Notes under the pieces: generated by a model | The model's input: the letters and a program-made list of their open reading frames with translations, nothing else | The model's database searches: none | What the model was told of the DNA's origin: nothing | Part shown: positions 14,296-28,339 of the stretch, piece after piece | Numbering within the stretch: position 1 is the stretch's first letter | Layout: the number at the start of each line of letters is the position of its first letter | NCBI GenBank assembly: GCA_951406725.2 | Contig: OX597815.1 | Coordinates: 61,876,001-61,940,000 of the forward strand | Direction: 5' to 3' | Origin: Octopus vulgaris | Lineage: Eukaryota | Length of the DNA stretch: 64,000 nt | Made by a program: the position numbers and the translations under genes

Positions 14296-14449
14296 AATAT
14301 ACATACATATGTATTTATATATATATATCTGTGCGTAAAGAGACCTGCGCACAAACACCGATACACAGTCTGTTTCTCCGTCTCTTTCCTCTTCTGTCTA
14401 ACACACACGTATGCATGTCTGCATGTATATGTATAAGTGCATATATATA

Positions 14450-14480
<31 letters not shown>

Positions 14481-14495
14481 TTGTATGTATGTATG

Positions 14496-14546
<51 letters not shown>

Positions 14547-14799
14547 ACATGCGTATATATATACTTACATATGCGTATATTCATACATACATTCATACAT
14601 ATACATATACATATATATAGAAAGAGAGATAGGGAGAGAGAGTGAGAAAGAGAGAGAGAGAGGGAGTAAGAGAGAGATGGCACCGTGATAAATCGTTTCA
14701 TATTTTATATAAAGCGATACCAAGAGTATTCCGTGATAAAATCTAAATGGTGGCTCACTTCCAGATGTGACTGGCTTTATCACAACTAGCAATCAATCA

Positions 14800-14848
<49 letters not shown>

Positions 14849-15669
14849 TACACACACACATACACACACACACGCACACACACACATACACACAAGTACA
14901 CTCATATGCGCACGGATATATATATATATGTGTGTATACATTCATACACACACATATATATATATACACACATGCATACATACATGAACGTAAACATACG
15001 CAGAGTATGTATTTATTTGTGTACGAACATATATATATATACATATATATAAGGTACATTCAACATAAGCACACACAAACATATACCTCCCCCCACAGGC
15101 ACAGCATACACACATATTCTTATATTATATACATGCATTTGATCGTATGTGTGTAAATACATATATACACACACATATGTGTGTGTACTACTCTTTTTCA
15201 TATTTATATGCATACATATTCATCTACATATACACATGCGCATACATGGGCAGACAGTGTATATCTATATGTGTACGAGTATAAGCAAATATGCGTGTAT
15301 GCATTAGATATTTATATATACGTAATGTATATTCTCATACGTAAATACCCATATATATGCACATCCACCCACAAATACACAAACGCATTATATATGTTTG
15401 TGGATGTAAATATGTATACATCAAGTATACATAGATATATATATTACACTTTCATGTATTCACACACGAGCACAAGCATGCACACATTCACACATACATA
15501 TACATGCACTTATTCACACTCCATATATAGACATTCTTATACGTCTACATACAAACATACCAACATAGACATACAAATCTAGACAGATACATTATTATCA
15601 CGCGCAAGCACACACATACACTTAAATATATATACCTACATGGAATGTATGTGAATGTATACATATATA

Positions 15670-15895
15670 CATCCTCGTATGAGCCTCATTATCATATTCC
15701 CCATTATCGCAAAAAAATCTGTTCATTGGCGGCAAGTCTGCAAACTCTGCGGTATTCTTAACTAATCCATCAACAACATACCTGGGGTGGCCTGATAGTC
15801 TTTGTATGTAACGGAGTTTCTCGTTGGGTTTGTGGCACGGATAAAACGATCCAAAATTCAGATCCTATGTAATATCTAAAAAGTTTAAACTATTC
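15670..15895 (-). pseudogene. Penelope-like RT domain 7/thumb fragment
   Basis: LNFLDIT*DLNFGSFYPCHKPNEKLRYIQRLSGHPRY; a more decayed copy of the same region lies on + at ~16180-16315. Confidence 0.7.
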
Positions 15896-16729
15896 CTTTT
15901 TTTGTAATGAACTATCCAAAAACTCTATGAAGGTGAAGCCGGATACTCAATGACAACGCACATTCTTTAATAAGCAGGCTCTAAGTTGGTGACAGAATTG
16001 AGCCTGTAGAACTCCAAATCCCTTAGTTCTTTCTTAAGGGTCGTAAATGGGATTTCCTTTTTAACCCCTCAATTAATCTCATTTGGTCCTCGAAATCAGA
16101 TATCGGCTGTATCAGTAAGAAAACGCCTCCATTTTCTTGTCCGGAACTTTCACTCTCTTTATATTTCACAAATGCAGCAAAAAAGTTAACTTTTCATATG
16201 TAATACTAGATCTTGATTTATAATTATATTAATTGTACCATAAACGTAACGTGAGATCTATTACGTTCATGGGCCATCATGCTACCCCAGGTATGCCATC
16301 GATTGATTAAGAATATCTCGATTAACTTTGCCAAATTTTCAACCAATGAACGGATTTTCTACAATAGTGTGGTATATGTGTGCACGCGTGTGTATACGTA
16401 TATATGGATATAGAAATACATACATATGTACGCAAGCACGTACGCACAAACACAAACACGCATACACACTCATGCGCGCACACACATACGCACACAGAGA
16501 CACACACTTATGTACACATTCATAAATATACATATGTGTGTATATGTTTATATATATATATATATATGTACACACACACACACACGCACATAGACACGAA
16601 AACACACGCACACACACATGTGCGCACACATACACACACACATATACGTATAAGGGGAAAACAATTTTGTTTCAATCCACATGTGATAACCCAGTGGACT
16701 GAAAGAAGGTTGAGTTCTTGCTCCTTTGT

Positions 16730-17850
16730 TTTTCTCTCATACATCCCGCTGCAATGATCCATGAGCTTCCTCCGGATCGTCCACGAAGTGAATATCAGAT
16801 ATCGGTTTGATGACGGTTTCTTCAACATGGCGAAGTTTCGGTCAAAGAATCTCACAAGGTACTCCGCGAATATCAGGTCTTCAGTTCGCCGAAATCAACG
16901 TGGCATCCCGTTACTCACGGTTAAAACTGCAGCTAGCTGTCAATCATTTCACCAGGGTATATCAACGTTTTAGCTTCGCTAAGTCCTCGCCCAGCCAGCC
17001 CCGAATCCTGTCCTTCCGGACTTTAGTATCGTTATTTCGAGCACATCGCTGGAGCAAGTTAGTCATTTTGCATACCTTGGAAGTATGATCTCAACTGAAT
17101 ACAATTCTGTGCAAGATGTGGAATGAAGAATCGAATCGGCTTACTCAGCTTTCAGTAAACTAACAAAGCGTGTATTCAAAAACAACGACCTAACTTTGAA
17201 GACGATGATTATGGTCTACCAGGCAGTATGGTCTATCAACGCTTTTATATGTTTGAGAAACTTGGACGTTGTATCGTCGCGACATCAGAAAAAGAAAAAA
17301 AAATTCGTCGACTCTTGAATATCATGTGGTTTGACTATGTCCCCGATAACTGGAAAGAGTTATAGAATAGCCAGAGCACTGAGAAACTAATCCTCAAACA
17401 TCGTCTTCGATGGGCCGGCCATGTCGCCAGGATGAACGATGAACAACTTCCACCTCAATTCCTCTTCAGGGAACTGGCAACCAAGAAATGACAAAGAGAT
17501 GCCTCGTCCATGCTACAAAGGTCAGCTATAGTCAGCTCTGATGCAGACTGGCTTCGACTTTCTGTCTTTTGAGACGTAACCAACCGTCCCGGCTTAATAC
17601 AAAACATAAACAATAATGTAATATTGTTTGAAAAAAAAAGACTAAGAAAAGAAGTGGAAAAACAACAGTGACGGAAGGTCAGACAGTAGTAACCACGATC
17701 CACTCCGACATTCACATGTGGCCCAAGCAATCGCGTGTTCTACGCGGAGATCGGCCTCGTTAGCCACATTCGCCACCGGCGTTAATGGTTCAAATTTTCG
17801 TCCAAGAGGAGGAATCAATACTCGTATTGGATGGGCCAGCCCTTCCTTAC
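16730..17850 (+). mobile_element. RTE (BovB-like) LINE 3' fragment, decayed
   Basis: IRYRFDDGFFN, LEQVSHFAYLGS, RIESAYSAFSKLTKRVF, ETWTLYRR, RLRWAGHVARM motifs with stops and frameshifts. Confidence 0.88.
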
Positions 17851-17874
17851 CCTACATATATATATATATATATA

Positions 17875-18490
17875 CTCTTGTCAACATTAAAACATTTGAT
17901 TAATAAAGTTTACAACGCTGTAACACGCTTAAATGATAACCGACACCCTCCCAATATAGACTGGTATAAAGATCATAAATACTATTGGCCTTAAATACCA
18001 ATCCCTAAAAGTTGACATACCAAGTAACACATATAAATATATAGGTGAAAACAGTGGACCGAACTCTAAGATTTAACCTTCACATTCTCAAAACAAAAGG
18101 TAAATGCCCTATCAATGTCTAAATAAAACCGACAACAACCAAACTGCATTCTTTTGTGAACACCTACGACTTGAAGTTGATACACCTAAGCATACACAAC
18201 TAATGCATGAATAAATTCTAACAATTAGCACTTTCCAAAATTTAATAAAGATTCTTCATAACATCTTGCTGCCACAACCGCCCATACAACCTAATTATCA
18301 TTCAACGAGACACAGTTTACCCTAGAAAATTTTAACTTAACAAGGACTATATAAAGCCATGATGAGCTTAAATGCATTACAGTCCGATGATGGCACTGAT
18401 GGCCGAAACTTCGAAGTCACAGTCAATACTACTATTGTTAAAGAATAATAAATTTATACTCTACCAAATATATTGATAAATCCTTCAATT
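17875..18490 (+). mobile_element. Probable Penelope-like 3' end (decayed GIY-YIG plus pLTR with hammerhead)
   Basis: YKYIGE motif near 18035-18050 and HHR motif at 18379-18423. Confidence 0.5.
18379..18423 (+). ncRNA. Type I hammerhead ribozyme motif (CCGAUGA core)
   Basis: CCGAUGA-U-GGC-ACUGAUG-GCC-GAAAC-UUCGAA-GUC; stem III ACUUCGAAGU is a perfect palindrome; stem I is imperfect. Confidence 0.65.
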
Positions 18491-20122
18491 TAATGAAAAA
18501 TTGTTTCTGTTATAAGATAAAAACGAACATTAATAAATATATCTGTATGTATGTATGTATGTATGTTTGAATCTATATATGTGTGTACATATATATATGT
18601 TTGTGATAGTATCAGCGAGAGAGAGAGAGAGAGAGAGAGGAGGGAGAGAGAGATAGACAGATATACAAAAAAAGGAATTCTAAATCCAAGATGATTTCTT
18701 GGTTTATTGAAATTATCTTCCCTTCTAGGGAAGTTAAACAAACACTTAGCGGTAATTGCAACCGAATTGGAATGAGAAAGGAGAGATAGCCTCAAGAAAT
18801 CAGCAACCAATCTTATAGATTAACAAATCACTAAAGAAAAGAATCTTTTTTATGTCGAGATACGAGACGATACTTGTGAATAGGTGTTTCTTCCTCAATG
18901 AATGTCTTCAGCACAGCTTTGTTATAGCTTGACCCGTAGTGTGACATAAGACTCAGACATAACGAAGAAGAAAAAAAAAGCATTTATGGCCTAAGGTAAT
19001 GTGCATAATTAAGATTTGAGCTAAGAGAAATAACGCAGGGTGACCAGTGGCATGTATTTGGATAAGAAAAAAAAAGCGAAGAAAGGTAAAAGAAATATCA
19101 TACAAGACAACTTGTGAGATTTTTTGAAACTTGCTTATCATTGAGAGATGGAAAAATAACACCTAGCGGAAATTGAAACCGACTCCAAACGAAGAAGGGA
19201 AATAGTCTCCAGGGAGTCAACAATCAATCTTCCGAGTCAATATGCTGACCATGAATGACATATGCTGTGTCTATCAGGTTAACAAGATCGATATTATCGA
19301 TCTTTACTATGAACATTTGGAGTAAAGTCAAAACTGGAGGTGAGAAACCCACAAATTTGTACTTCGGGCGGATTATTTTAGGATATTCTGTTCTAGAAGA
19401 GACCCTAGGGATTAAACACAATAGGGGAGATTAAGCACGAGAGGAGATGTGGTAGGTATATCACCTGAAATAAATAAAAAAACAATTTGGTTGTCTTTAA
19501 TTAATAAAGATTAATTAATTTAATTAATCTTGATCTCTACATGTACCAACCTCATCCCACAACTGATACTTCTTTTAATCTACTTTCCCTAACACTCCTT
19601 ACATTCTTTATTATTCGTTTCTAACTTTAGATCTGTTGGTGTTACTGTCATGGTTGTCGGCGTTGCTTGTTGTTGTCTCTGTCATATCTATTGTTCTACC
19701 ACTCCTGCGCGACTTAAAACACACAAATAAAAAAGAAAAAGAAAGAATACAAGAAAGGCTAAGCAAGAAGGCGTTTAGAGTCGGCGTTTATCAAAAAGAG
19801 TGTACACACAAGACACACACACACACACACATGTCACCATGCTTGACCGCTAAATCCACAATTTAAAAATTCTGTTTAATTTTCTCTTAGACGAAACAGA
19901 GACAACTGAAGAAGGGGAATATTCCTTGTGTTGTATGTCTTGTACTCGGTTCTTTCGTTGTTTAAAAAATAGTTCGTTTTCATGATTTTGTTTTTACGTA
20001 TTCGTTTCTCATTGTGTTTAACGTTTTTTTGATGTCCTGTACCCATATATGCATGTATATATACAGATAGATGTAGGTATGTACATATATGTATGTTTGT
20101 ATGCATATATTTATATATTATA

Positions 20123-20171
<49 letters not shown>

Positions 20172-20795
20172 TACACACATATGTATGTATGTATATATCA
20201 AGGGTATGAAGGTATTGGTGTCAAGAAGACCCATAGGTGTCAGGTAATGCTAAGTAAATGCTATAGACAGACTAAAGTTTAGCTCTAGGCTCGATAATGA
20301 TACGAATGAGGAGGCCAGCGTAGATCGAGTATTAGCATATGTAGATATGTATGTGTATATACATACATAAATACATACATACATATACATATGCATATTT
20401 GGGTACAGGACGTCACCGACTGTGTAAACAACATGAAATACTTAGACAAATGAGTTAAATACGTTAACAACGAGAGAAAAAAGTGGAAAACAGGACAAGT
20501 AAACACAGAGAAACGATCCTTCATCAGTTGTTGGCTGTTTAGCTACTCCTCATTTCGAGTAGTATATATATATATACATAATTTATAAGTAAGAGCAAAA
20601 GAAAAAATTCCTAATGACAAAATATGCCGAAAATAGACACAACGTCAATAACCAAGTAAGTCATCACTACAAGCACGCATCTCGAAGAAAGCCGACAGAA
20701 ATTTTCTAAAAAATCCCGTTATTACCATATCGGACCCGACTTCATAGTAAGTTCATAAGAACCTTCCCTTCATCAGTGATAAATGTGGCAAAGAA

Positions 20796-20855
20796 ATAAG
20801 TGAAACACTTACTTTTATCCATGGATTCCATGGGTATAAGTAAGTATTTCACTTA
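20796..20855. repeat. 60-bp imperfect palindrome/hairpin
   Basis: ataagtgaaacacttactt..ccatgg att ccatgg..aagtaagtatttcacttat. Confidence 0.85.
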
Positions 20856-22907
20856 TCTAATTGCAGCAGCCTTCACATGGAAATCAAACGTTTTCACGTC
20901 GTCTGTGTGGAAAAATTTGTAGATTTCTTGCTGGACTAAAGAGACATTTCAGCCACAAAAACTATCGTAGAGTATCTATTTCTAACAATTTTCCACTAGT
21001 TTTAAACTGTAAATATTTATCTCCATACAACTTGCGAATTTGTGTGGTGCCAGTTTTTTATAGCCTGGTGCCTTTATAAACGTACTTTGTCAGTGTAGCG
21101 GTTGAGAAAATTTTATACTTCAGTAATGAGTCGATACCCATGACACACACACACACACGCACGCACGCACACACACAATGCTGCATGAAACCCGCTGAAG
21201 AATCATATAGAAATGTGTATGGACAAGAACCCAACCGGGTGATGCGAGTGACCCAGGCCAGATAGAAAGATGACTGAAACCAATTTGTACCGCCGAATCT
21301 AAGTAAAGAGAGGTAAAAAGTTAGGTACGATAAAAAGTAGCATTTACTATCTGAATGGAAATAACAAAAATTACAATGAATAAATAAATAAAAATAAAAT
21401 TATTTATAAAATTGCCATAAAACCCTTTAAGAATGAGCTGATGGTCCTCATGTCAAGCAACTCCGTCTAGCGAGTGACAAATTTAAGCGAGATTAAATCA
21501 TGTTTAGGTTAGATTTGTCCAGGATTTAGGTTAAATTTATCCATTTTTCCAGGATCAAGAAAAAAGAAAATAAAAAAGGAGAAAGCTACGCTGGTACCAA
21601 TCACGTACTGGGATCGACGTAATCGACAAGTCTTGAGCGGCGTTGTCTTCAAGACAGTCTGACATTACCTTTAGCTGATTCCTACAATTGCCATCATAAC
21701 ACTGGTACCAAGATAGAATCGGCCTTTACCTCGTAGAGAGACAGGTGTGGCTAGCTGCTGGTATTCCATACAGTCTTATCCAGGCCTGGACTGTTCGCTG
21801 ACAATACAGATTGCAGAGAGACTTTCTATGTGCATGGTTTTATCAGGCATATGGATGCAAAATATACATACCTACATATATACATACATACATGCATACA
21901 TACATACATACATACATACATACATACATACATACATACATACATACATACATACATACATACAGACAGACAGACAGAGAGACAGGCACACATGTACAAA
22001 TATGTGTGTGTGTGTATGTGTGAGAGAGAGAGAGGGGGAGAAACTGTATTGCAAAGCATCATTTTAAGATCCAATGTTTTTCTCATTAATTTCCTGATTG
22101 CTATTGTTGTTGTTAAAAATGATGGAGAAAGCAGAAACAACATCTTCTGAATAAATTATTCTGAAGCCGGAGAAAGAAAACAAAAATAAAATAAGATAAA
22201 ATAGAACAGAGTTAACCGGAAGTGAACGTCGACACATGGAAGAACATGCAAACACAGAGCAAACCGGGACACCTGGTACTTACTACTTAACACTCCTGTT
22301 TGATATGTAATCTAGCCTTAAATGGAAGGTGTGGGAGGGAAGGTGTGTGTGTGTGTGTGGACTTAAGGACATACATTACCTTATCGGCTTGTCTGTATAT
22401 GGTCGACAGAGAGAGAGGAAGTAAGAGAGAGAGCGAGAGAGAGAGAAGGGGGAAAGAGAGGCAGAGAGAGGAAGAGAGTGAGAGAGACTACGACAAGGGG
22501 AGAGAGAAAGAGAAAGAGTGAGAGAGAAAAAGAAAGAGGGAATGGAAGAGTGAAAGCGAGAAAAAGACAGGAACAGAGAAAGAGAATAAGAGAGACTAAG
22601 AGGAGAAACAGAAGAAAAGTGAGAAGAAGAGAGAGAGTCATAAACGTGTTGCCTTTCAGTTAGTTTGGTGGAATTTCAAACGTAGACTACAATATGTCGA
22701 CGACCACCGAGGAAACATGTGAACAGGGAACCCTCAACACGGTCACGTCACTTAGTGAAAATAGGGGAAAAGAAACCCCTTCAGTCTTCATTTAGTGTCT
22801 TAAACAACAGGATATATTGAATAATGTAGCCCTAGATTGATTGAGTCTGAATAAGAGATGAGACACCACGGTTTAACCATCGTTAATTAGAAGTTTCCTT
22901 AATGAAG

Positions 22908-23185
22908 CGCAAGCGAGATGGTGTGGTTAAGAAGTTGGTTACGTAACCAATTGACTCAGGGTTACATAACCATATGACTCCGGGTTACGTAATCAGATGA
23001 CTCCGAGTTACGTAATCATATGACCCCCCGGGTTGCGTAACCATATGACTCCGGGTTGTGTAACCATATGACTCCGGGTTCTATCCCAGGTACAAGACAT
23101 CTTGGACAAGTGTGTTCTATTAAAGACCGGCCAATGCCTTGTGAATGGAATTTGGTTCACGGAAAATGTGTAGAAGCCTGTCGAA
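22908..23185 (+). mobile_element. tRNA-derived SINE 5' part with an internal 23-bp tandem amplification (~6 copies, 22937-23080)
   Basis: A-box-like tggtgtggttaag, unit gggttacgtaaccatatgactcc, B-box-like gggttctatccc, then a SINE body matching 28944-29355. Confidence 0.85.
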
Positions 23186-23309
23186 CCTGACTAGCTAGGG
23201 CTTTGTAAGGAGCTAACGAAACATTAAGTTGCATGTGACCGCTACAAAATATTTTAAATAATAACAACAACAACATCAATAATAAAATATGTGCGTGTGC
23301 TCGTTTGGC

Positions 23310-23377
<68 letters not shown>

Positions 23378-23984
23378 ATTGTAGCAACTTTGACCTTTTG
23401 TAATGTTTTTGAGATTAATGCGGCAAAAGAAACAAAAGCCCTTAAATTATGGGTTCTTGTAGTAAGATGTAGAACAAGTTATCACGCCCATCTCAGACTG
23501 ATGACTCACTCCCAATGTTTGCAACAGGGTAGGATTTAAGGGGGATTTGGTTACCATTTCCAGCACGTTGAGAAACCACTGTCATGAAATGAAATAAAGA
23601 GTAAGATTTTGGCTTGTTTTTATATAGTGTATAAAAACTGACCATCAACGGTCAACATTGATCATCATCGGTCAATGAATTATGGTAGGATGATACAGGT
23701 ATCGCAAAATGGTGGAGAAACTTGCTGAACATACTTTAGATCCATGATTCTTTCTCTCTGCATATGTAACTGCGAAAACGCCTCTGGATTGACTGCATCC
23801 ATAATACAAGCGGAGGTGGTGGGTGGATAAGGTCAGATTTCTATCACATTAATTCTGTATGAAGAATAACATTAAATGTAAAAGCGTCTCAGAAATATTC
23901 AGCCACTTAGATTTATAATTCAAAGAAAAGGGTAGTTTACTTATTTGAACAACTGAAATAAGCATCGTCGAAACCGACGGAAAA

Positions 23985-24071
<87 letters not shown>

Positions 24072-24207
24072 GAAATCTCTATGTATACACATATCTGTAT
24101 GTATATGTGTGTGTGTGTGTATGCACAGATTGTCTATATATCCATGTGCATATATCTATTACACATTGATAAACACGTAGGAACACAGACATACGCACGC
24201 ACGTACG

Positions 24208-24244
<37 letters not shown>

Positions 24245-24593
24245 ACACACACACACATTCACATACAGATATATAGATATCGATATGTAAGAAGCGTTAT
24301 GTTTCCTATCTGCTTCTCCTTCCAAACCTAAGCTGCTAATGTAAACACGGCGCCAAAATACTGCAAGAATCGTGATTTCACACCGATATCCGGTTTAATG
24401 ATAATCTGGATGAGTGTCGGCAATCCACATTGAACATGAAGACGTCAGGAAAATGACGGCTTAGCTTTGTGTCACGTGATAAATGACGTTTGCAGTGACT
24501 CGATATTTTAGAATTTAAATCACCAGGAAGTTTTTTATAGAAGAGTCGACAGGTAGAGATCAATGTTATTTATTTATATACTTATTCATTTGC

Positions 24594-24628
<35 letters not shown>

Positions 24629-24854
24629 TCTATTTATTTTACTCATAGAGTAAAGTAGGGTGGAAAACGATAATATTATGTTAAGCATTTTTGTTCTCGC
24701 TTTATCAATATTTTTAGGCGAATATACTGTGACTATTAACCAGCTCGCCAGTTCAGCTTGTCAACCAACGAGCGACTAGTGTGAAAGTATTGTATTTATA
24801 CTATAATAATGTATGTAATGACGTAGCTAATATAACACACCCACACACACATAC

Positions 24855-25345
24855 TTTATTAAAAATAGCAAAAATATCACAAAAAGTGTTACTCAGAGTT
24901 TCACGTTCACGTTCGTCTGACAGTTTTGTTTAGAATGGAACAAGAATAAGATTATAAGCAAACATATATAATTAGTTTAAGGGAAACACGTTTGAAAATG
25001 GTCTTGTTTCATTGGTCCTTTCAACTAACGGCCTTTACAATAACCGGTTGCATGCAACGAACAGATTTCGGTATAAAATCATCTTATTATAAAATCGAAT
25101 AAAACCTTAAATCAAAAATAGCTTATAAAGAAGGACAGAGATTCAATACCCAGAGTAAATAATTATTTGTAAAATATTAATCAATTGGTACATTAAAAGT
25201 TATATCCGTTTAAAAATTTTTTCACGTTGCATGACGTATACATTTAGCAGTATATGCACATACCAAACCATCTATAATATACGTATATATACTAAAACAT
25301 ACAGACGCGTGTACATAGCTACACACGTATACAGACATATATTGG
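24855..25345 (-). mobile_element. PLE-pLTR-like repeat with a degenerate hammerhead (24887-24922, core CAGACGA); same family as 29379-29530
   Basis: Similarity to 29379-29455; 25170-25345 is also an inverted copy of 27525-27622 plus 28340-28422. Confidence 0.65.
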
Positions 25346-25347
25346 CA

Positions 25348-25450
<103 letters not shown>

Positions 25451-25566
25451 TATATATATATATATAAAGTTAATCCAAACATGAAAACACAAAGAGAAAA
25501 CACAACGCGAGGACGTGGAGCAAATATAGTATTATTGGACGCTCAGGAAGGAAGGGAAGAAGGAGG

Positions 25567-25601
25567 GTTTTACGTTTCGAGCGGAGCTCTTCGTCAGAAA
25601 C
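25567..25601 (-). ncRNA. Minimal type I hammerhead ribozyme (canonical core)
   Basis: GUUU-CUGACGA-A-GAGC-UCC-GCUC-GAAAC-GUA-AAAC; stem III is reduced to palindromic ACGU. Lies in a ~205-bp repeat (25465-25670) also found at 55370-55693 and 59190-59400. Confidence 0.8.
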
Positions 25602-25682
25602 ATAGGAAAAGGAAAGATCCAGAGAAGGGAAGACGGAGGAAAAAGAATCGCCAACGGTACATACGCGCGGTCATATATGTAT

Positions 25683-25713
<31 letters not shown>

Positions 25714-26274
25714 AATTTATATATATGTATATTCGTCCTTAGTCGAAAGATACCTGTTGTTATGTTCTGTTATTATTTTTATAGTATCCGTTTTTTTTCC
25801 GTCCTTGTTTTTGTATATATTCGCTGCTTTCTTCCAAGGAATCTAATGCTCTTAGCTTAGTTTTTCCTTGGGGTTGGCCAGATTGGAGCAATCTTAAGTA
25901 TAATCAGCCGAAATTGCGGAGATAATCTGGTAATTGACTGAGGAAAGAAAACTTTTTGTCTATCTCGATGTTTTGTTGTCACATTTTTGTATCACCTAAC
26001 TGTCCGGATGTTTTGCGTTCTTATCCCATTTTGTATTATTATATATATATATATGCGCACACATGCACGCACATAAAATCTCCTGGCGTGTGCTTATACA
26101 AGTTAAAGGCGAAGAAAGAGAAGGAAAAATCATATATAAAGTATGAGGAAGAGGAAGAAAACAGTGGTGAAGAAGAAAAAGAAAATAAAGGAAAGAGAAT
26201 CAGAGAACTAGTGAGAGAAAGTGGGGAATGGATAGGGGCAGAGAGTGCTACATATGATGCTCGAAAGTAACCAA

Positions 26275-26545
26275 CAACGTTTTGATATGAGAACAGGGTA
26301 GCGACTAGTCTTGCAGAGCATGTCTAGGAATTGAAAGAGAATGACACCCGTCCTTTCAATGTAGCCTGGAAAATTTTAGAAAATGCAACAGCATACAGAC
26401 ATCATGAGTTTATAAAAGACCTATGAAATGTAATCTTTGCCCCTCGGAGAAGTTCTTCATCTTGTACCAGGATAAAAACGCTTTGAGCCAGAGACACGAG
26501 CTCTTAAATTCCTGCAGGTATGCCACAAAATTTAAAATGTCAACC
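26275..26545 (+). pseudogene. Penelope-like GIY-YIG C-terminal fragment
   Basis: ATSLAEHV*ELKE..FNVAWKILENA..KCNLCPSEKFFIL..LSQRHELLNSCRY. Confidence 0.8.
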
Positions 26546-26966
26546 GACAAAATATCGTATGGGATAAAAGTTTTGATTTTTCGAAATATATTCTTTTGAC
26601 TGTCGCGACTTTACATGGTATTGTTATTTTGCATCGCAGAGCTAATGTATATTCCAACTACATTTTAAAGAAAGCCTTCGACTGTTTTATAAATATAATT
26701 TGAAGCTTAAGCTTCGCCAAGGTTTATTTTTATTATTTTTATTTATATATTAACTCAGCGTATTTAATTATGTTACATCAAATTAATGTACAATTTCCTT
26801 GTTTTACATTTTAATATTATACACACCGAAAAGCTTTTTTAAAATTGTTTCCATAAACATACGTTATGATATAGATATGCCTATATATTTATGTGTAGGT
26901 ATGTATTGAAGGTATGTATATGTATGCGTATGTATGTGTGTGTGTACGTATACATATGCGTGTGTG

Positions 26967-27009
<43 letters not shown>

Positions 27010-27010
27010 G

Positions 27011-27041
<31 letters not shown>

Positions 27042-27480
27042 GCATACATATATAGATGTGTATGTGTGTATACTTTTATATATGTGAACATGTATTTGCG
27101 TACATATTTTTGTATTTTTGTATACTTGCTTGCGTATTCATATGTGTGTATATTTGTATATATATTTATACTTATGTAAATATACACGTAATTTTATGTG
27201 TACATTTTTATGTGTTCGTTGCGCAAGCTATATGAAGTATCTAAACGTTGTTGGTTACTTTCGGGCGTCATATGTAGCACTCTCTGACCCTATCTATTTC
27301 CCCCACTTTCTCCTGTTAGTTCTCTGTTTCTCTTTCTTTTATTTTATTTTCTTCTTCTCCATTGTTTCCTTCCTCCTTCTCATACTTAATATTTTCTGAT
27401 TTTTCCTTCTCTTTCTTTCGCCTGTAACAACTAACAAGTATGAGCATATGCCAGGAGATTTTATGTGCGTGCATGTGTGC

Positions 27481-27523
<43 letters not shown>

Positions 27524-27620
27524 TGTTTTTATATGTATGTAGTTATGTACGTGCGTCTGCATGTTTTAGTGTATATACGTATATTATAGATGGTTTGGTA
27601 TGTGCATATACTGTTAAATG

Positions 27621-28339
27621 TAATACTAAGTAATTAAGGGTTTAGCAACGATTTGCCTCACCACACACCGAATTTAGAAATAGCAGTCAAAAAGTTTTGG
27701 CTATTCTTTCTACTTAAAAGGGAGATCTCAGTAAAACCAAAGCACTTAAAAAGCATACGACGCAGGCAAAAGAGAAATAAATGACGAAATCATTCAATAT
27801 TAAGTTACCTACGGACGTACGTTTCGGAATTAAGTCATTGTAGAGCATTAAAATTAAATAATTATGTCTTACCTGACTATTTTCCTCCTCAGCGTAGGAC
27901 TCTACAATTATCAATAATTGCGTCTCAATTATTGATAATTGTGTATTAAATTTGAAGGCACTAAAAGACATCACCTCAACTCATGGTATCAGAGTGAGCG
28001 TAAGCCTTACCAGTACCACCAAATTCAAAGGGTGAATGAAAGTAAGTCAACCATCCCCCTTCCACCAGCGTGCTGCCAAAATAAGATGCTACAGTTTTTT
28101 ACTGGGATGAAATACAATTATCAATAATAATAAAGGGTGAAATTAATTAATTTAGAAATAATCATTAATTTCATCAAGTAGAGTTCGGCATGTAAAAGAC
28201 CCATTCAAGGAAGGTTTAAGTAATACTAAGTAATTAAGGGTTTAGCAACGATTTGCCTCACCACACACCGAATTTAGAAATAGCAGTCAAAAAGTTTTGG
28301 CTATTCTTTCTACTTAAAAGGGAGATCCCAGTAAAACCA
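27621..28339 (-). mobile_element. ~720-bp non-coding element with 119-bp direct terminal repeats, a ~15-bp target duplication and an internal hammerhead
   Basis: 27621-27739 equals 28221-28339 (1 mismatch); atactgttaaatgta at 27608-27622 and 28339-28353; an empty-site copy is visible inverted at 25170-25345. Confidence 0.9.
27808..27898 (-). ncRNA. Type I hammerhead ribozyme, canonical core, extended stem II
   Basis: CCUACG-CUGAGGA-GGAA..AGUCA..UGACU..UUCC-GAAAC-GUAC-GUC-CGUAGG; 6-bp stem I, palindromic stem III ACGUACGU. Confidence 0.9.

Noticed and set aside
21192-21222. Hammerhead-like CCG-CUGAAGA-N8-GAAAUGUGUA-UGG
   Set aside because: Stem II does not pair convincingly; it may be a decayed copy but cannot be supported.
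22937-23080. CRISPR-like array of 23-bp palindromic repeats
   Set aside because: Units are contiguous with no spacers, there are no cas genes, and the array lies inside a eukaryotic SINE.
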